64,000 bases of DNA from Halieaceae bacterium (lineage in GTDB: Bacteria > Pseudomonadota > Gammaproteobacteria > Pseudomonadales > Halieaceae). Within the stretch, counting starts at the first letter, position 1. Every line of letters starts with the position of its first letter. The stretch spans positions 225-64,224 of the forward strand of contig JBLIIW010000001.1 in NCBI GenBank assembly GCA_047635315.1, written 5' to 3'. Below the pieces are notes generated by a model. It saw nothing but the letters and a program-made list of their open reading frames with translations. It was not told where the DNA came from and did not search any database. Of the stretch, positions 61,632-64,000 are shown piece after piece. The translations under genes and the position numbers were made by a program.

Positions 61632-61907
61632 GTGGCTGGATTCCAGATTCGCAAACCCCACAACATGAGCAGGCCTGAGTTGCGAGAGGCAGCCGAGCGT
61701 CTGGCACGGGAGCTCGAGTCGGCTCATGGCGTCCGTGCCCGCTGGGAGGGGGACTGTGTGAGCATAAAGGGTGCCGGGGTCGATGGCCGCCTGACTATTA
61801 GTGATGAGGATGTGCTGGTCAGCGTGCAGATGGGGCTGATCGCCTCTGCCTTCAAGAATGTGCTGCGCGACGAGGTGCAGCGCTTTCTCGATGAATATGT
61901 TGCCTGA
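61632..61907 (+). CDS. Polyhydroxyalkanoic acid system protein (PHA_gran_rgn family)
   Basis: 91 aa; IRKPHNM...R.AAE.LA..L...G...W.GD...G.GVDG.L. Confidence 0.82.
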   Translation: MAGFQIRKPHNMSRPELREAAERLARELESAHGVRARWEGDCVSIKGAGVDGRLTISDEDVLVSVQMGLIASAFKNVLRDEVQRFLDEYVA

Positions 61908-61967
61908 GGCCGGCTGCTCTGCTGTTGGCCTTGGCGCCGCGGGCCTGCAGGCGCGTTGACGGCTGAC

Positions 61968-63356
61968 TCAGGGTTGCTTTTCCTGCGGTTCCGAGGACTC
62001 CCCGGGGTCACCGTATTCAGTTCTCCCGATTTCCCCTGTCTCCCCCTCGTTCTCGGCGCTCTCCACCGCGCTTTCACTCCCGACGTTTTCGGAATCACTG
62101 ATCGACGGCAGCTCAATGGCCGGCGCGAGATCCCCCTCGGCGCCTTCCGGGCCGCGCGGATCCATATCAAAGCTGGTCGGCGCCATGTCTGAGGCGGCGG
62201 CAGAGAATGGCACCACATAGGCCGGCGGCTTTACATAGAGCAACTGCAATAGCACATAGACTCCGGTCAGGAGACACAGCCCCGCGCAACCCCAGAACAG
62301 GCTGAGCGGGCCGGCCAGGAGCATGGCCTGGCCGAACAATAGCGGTGCGCCCACAGCGCCGGCGGCATTTAGCATTAGCACGGAGGTGCCTATTTCCACA
62401 AACTCGTGCCGCTGGGAATTGTCCGCCGCCGCCGCCAGCGCCATGGCGTAGATGGGCATGGTGGTGGCACCGAAGAGAAATATCGCGATAAGCAGTTGCT
62501 CGGCACCTGATGCCAGGGCGACGGCCGCGCAGGCGCCGGCGCCCAGTGCCGCAAGCAGTGCCATCACGCGGTGGCGTCCAATGCGGTCGGATAGCCAGCC
62601 AAAGGGATACTGGAGTATGGCACCGCCAAGCACAGCGACGGACATGAACACGGTGGACTCAGAAACAGATAGCCCTGATCGCTGGGCGAATATAGCGCCG
62701 AGTGACCAGAAACTCCCGGATACGGCACCCGAGAGCAGGGCGCCCGCGAACGCCACGCGCGAGCGTCGGTACAGCCTGGAGAAACTGGCGCGTGTGGATT
62801 CAATCGGCGCCGGCGCCAGCTTGCGCGTCATGCTGACCGGAATAATGGACAGGGAAACTAGCGCCGCGACCAGAATGAAGGGCGTCGCGCTGGTGACCGG
62901 CGCCGTGTTGATGAGCTGCTGCCCAACAGCCACGCCGGCCAGCACCAGGAAGGTATACACAGACAGCACGGTGCCGCGATTGCTTTCATCCGCCTGATCG
63001 TTGAGCCAGCTCTCGATCACTGTGTACAGGCCACAGATGCAAATGCCGACCAGAAAGCGCAGCACGATCCACAGGAGCAGGCTGTTACTCAGGGAGGTCA
63101 GCAGGAGTGCGCTGGTCATGGCGCTGGCGAGTACGGAAAAGCTCCGGATGTGGCCCACCCGTGCGATGAGTTGCGGAACTACGAAGCAACCGACCAGAAA
63201 CCCGGCAAAAGAGCTGGATCCGGCGAGGGCGATCTGCATGTCGCTGTGCCCGATAGCGGTGGCGCGAAGCGGTAGCAGGGTCAACTGCATGCCATGGCCC
63301 ACCAGTAGCAGGAACGTGGACAGTAGCAGCGATGTGAGGGTAATCAACGCGCGCAT
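61968..63356 (-). CDS. MFS transporter (YcaD-like)
   Basis: RVGHIRSF, VIESWLN, QYPFGWLSDRIGR; 12 TM segments. Confidence 0.9.
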   Translation of the reverse strand: MRALITLTSLLLSTFLLLVGHGMQLTLLPLRATAIGHSDMQIALAGSSSFAGFLVGCFVVPQLIARVGHIRSFSVLASAMTSALLLTSLSNSLLLWIVLRFLVGICICGLYTVIESWLNDQADESNRGTVLSVYTFLVLAGVAVGQQLINTAPVTSATPFILVAALVSLSIIPVSMTRKLAPAPIESTRASFSRLYRRSRVAFAGALLSGAVSGSFWSLGAIFAQRSGLSVSESTVFMSVAVLGGAILQYPFGWLSDRIGRHRVMALLAALGAGACAAVALASGAEQLLIAIFLFGATTMPIYAMALAAAADNSQRHEFVEIGTSVLMLNAAGAVGAPLLFGQAMLLAGPLSLFWGCAGLCLLTGVYVLLQLLYVKPPAYVVPFSAAASDMAPTSFDMDPRGPEGAEGDLAPAIELPSISDSENVGSESAVESAENEGETGEIGRTEYGDPGESSEPQEKQP

Positions 63357-64000
63357 TCAGGCCCCCAGTATTCTCGTGTTTTGCAGCGGATCATCCGCCT
63401 GCAACTGGCGCTGAAAATCCTCAGCCAGTTCCCGGCTGCGCAGAACACAGCTGCGCCAGTATTCTATGCGTGTCTGGGAATCCATGTGGGTGAAATCGCT
63501 GCGATCGGGGATTTTTCCCAGGGGCAGGCTGCGCGCGAACTCCGCGCTGGGGCTGAGCATTACCAACCAGTCACTCCGGCGCGGCTTACGGCGGCGCCAG
63601 GGCAGGAACTTGTCAAACCAGCCGGGGGTGGTGTCGGCGCGGAAGTGCGGATAGAGAAGCAGTCCCTGCGGACTGAAATCCTCCAGACTGAAGTGGTAAT
63701 CGATGATGCCGCCGTCCCAGTACTGACCCGGCGGAGCGCCGGGAATATCGCGCTCTCCCTCGAGCACGAAGGGGATTGAGCCGCTGGCGTGTAATGCCCG
63801 TGGGACGGTCTGAGTGTTCAGGGGCACCCGTCGCGTGTCGAAGCCCCGAAGGCTCAGCGGCGGCGCCCCGTGGCTGTTAAAGACCACCCGTTGAAAAGCC
63901 GTGTGCAGGAGCTGCCGGCTGAGGCCATTGGCCAGCGCTGCCAGCCCCATGCCGGCGACCAGTGCCGGTCCACCTGATGCGCCGGCGAGGCCCCGCCCGC
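63357..64000 (-). CDS. Patatin-like phospholipase family protein (C-terminal part; start outside window)
   Basis: ASGSIP and YWDGGIIDYH (DGG) motifs; frame stays open to the window edge. Confidence 0.75.
   Translation of the reverse strand, partial: GRGLAGASGGPALVAGMGLAALANGLSRQLLHTAFQRVVFNSHGAPPLSLRGFDTRRVPLNTQTVPRALHASGSIPFVLEGERDIPGAPPGQYWDGGIIDYHFSLEDFSPQGLLLYPHFRADTTPGWFDKFLPWRRRKPRRSDWLVMLSPSAEFARSLPLGKIPDRSDFTHMDSQTRIEYWRSCVLRSRELAEDFQRQLQADDPLQNTRILGA

Noticed and set aside
1-64000. CRISPR arrays, tRNA/rRNA genes, intact IS elements, sigma54 promoters in T6SS spacers
   Set aside because: No repeat-spacer arrays, cloverleaf signatures, transposase ORFs or correctly spaced -24/-12 elements found by eye.

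Overview
GC-rich gammaproteobacterial chromosome segment. Gene content and order resemble marine Cellvibrionales/Halieaceae-type genomes with Pseudomonas-like synteny (an inference, not a database result). The first ~12.3 kb is the end of a type VI secretion locus: partial tagF, tssM, tssL, tssK, a divergent PP2C phosphatase plus an uncharacterised tail-anchored protein, tssA, then hcp-vgrG-second hcp. No tssJ, PAAR, effector or immunity gene is visible in the window. It abuts a TMTC/TfpW-like GT-C glycosyltransferase placed after xerC. The rest is mostly core genome: xerC-DUF484-dapF-lysA-lptM-argH, algZ/algR-hemCDXY, ubiD-rho-trxA, a DedA-fused flavoprotein, GIY-YIG, ABC-F, an ABC exporter, FKBP, dsbB, gshA, a moaA-MoxR-VWA-DUF1631-PilZ run, SLC13-PqiA, an RND pair, DUF2855, peroxiredoxin, a methyltransferase, a PhaD-like TetR with two histone-tailed phasins, pckA, hslO, EamA, a PHA-system protein, an MFS and a partial patatin. 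No rRNA, tRNA, CRISPR array or intact mobile element was seen. Best leads: the two-Hcp effector-less T6SS module and its unknown membrane partner, the GT-C/TPR glycosyltransferase, the MoxR/VWA/duplicated-domain DUF1631/PilZ operon, and the synthase-less granule gene set.
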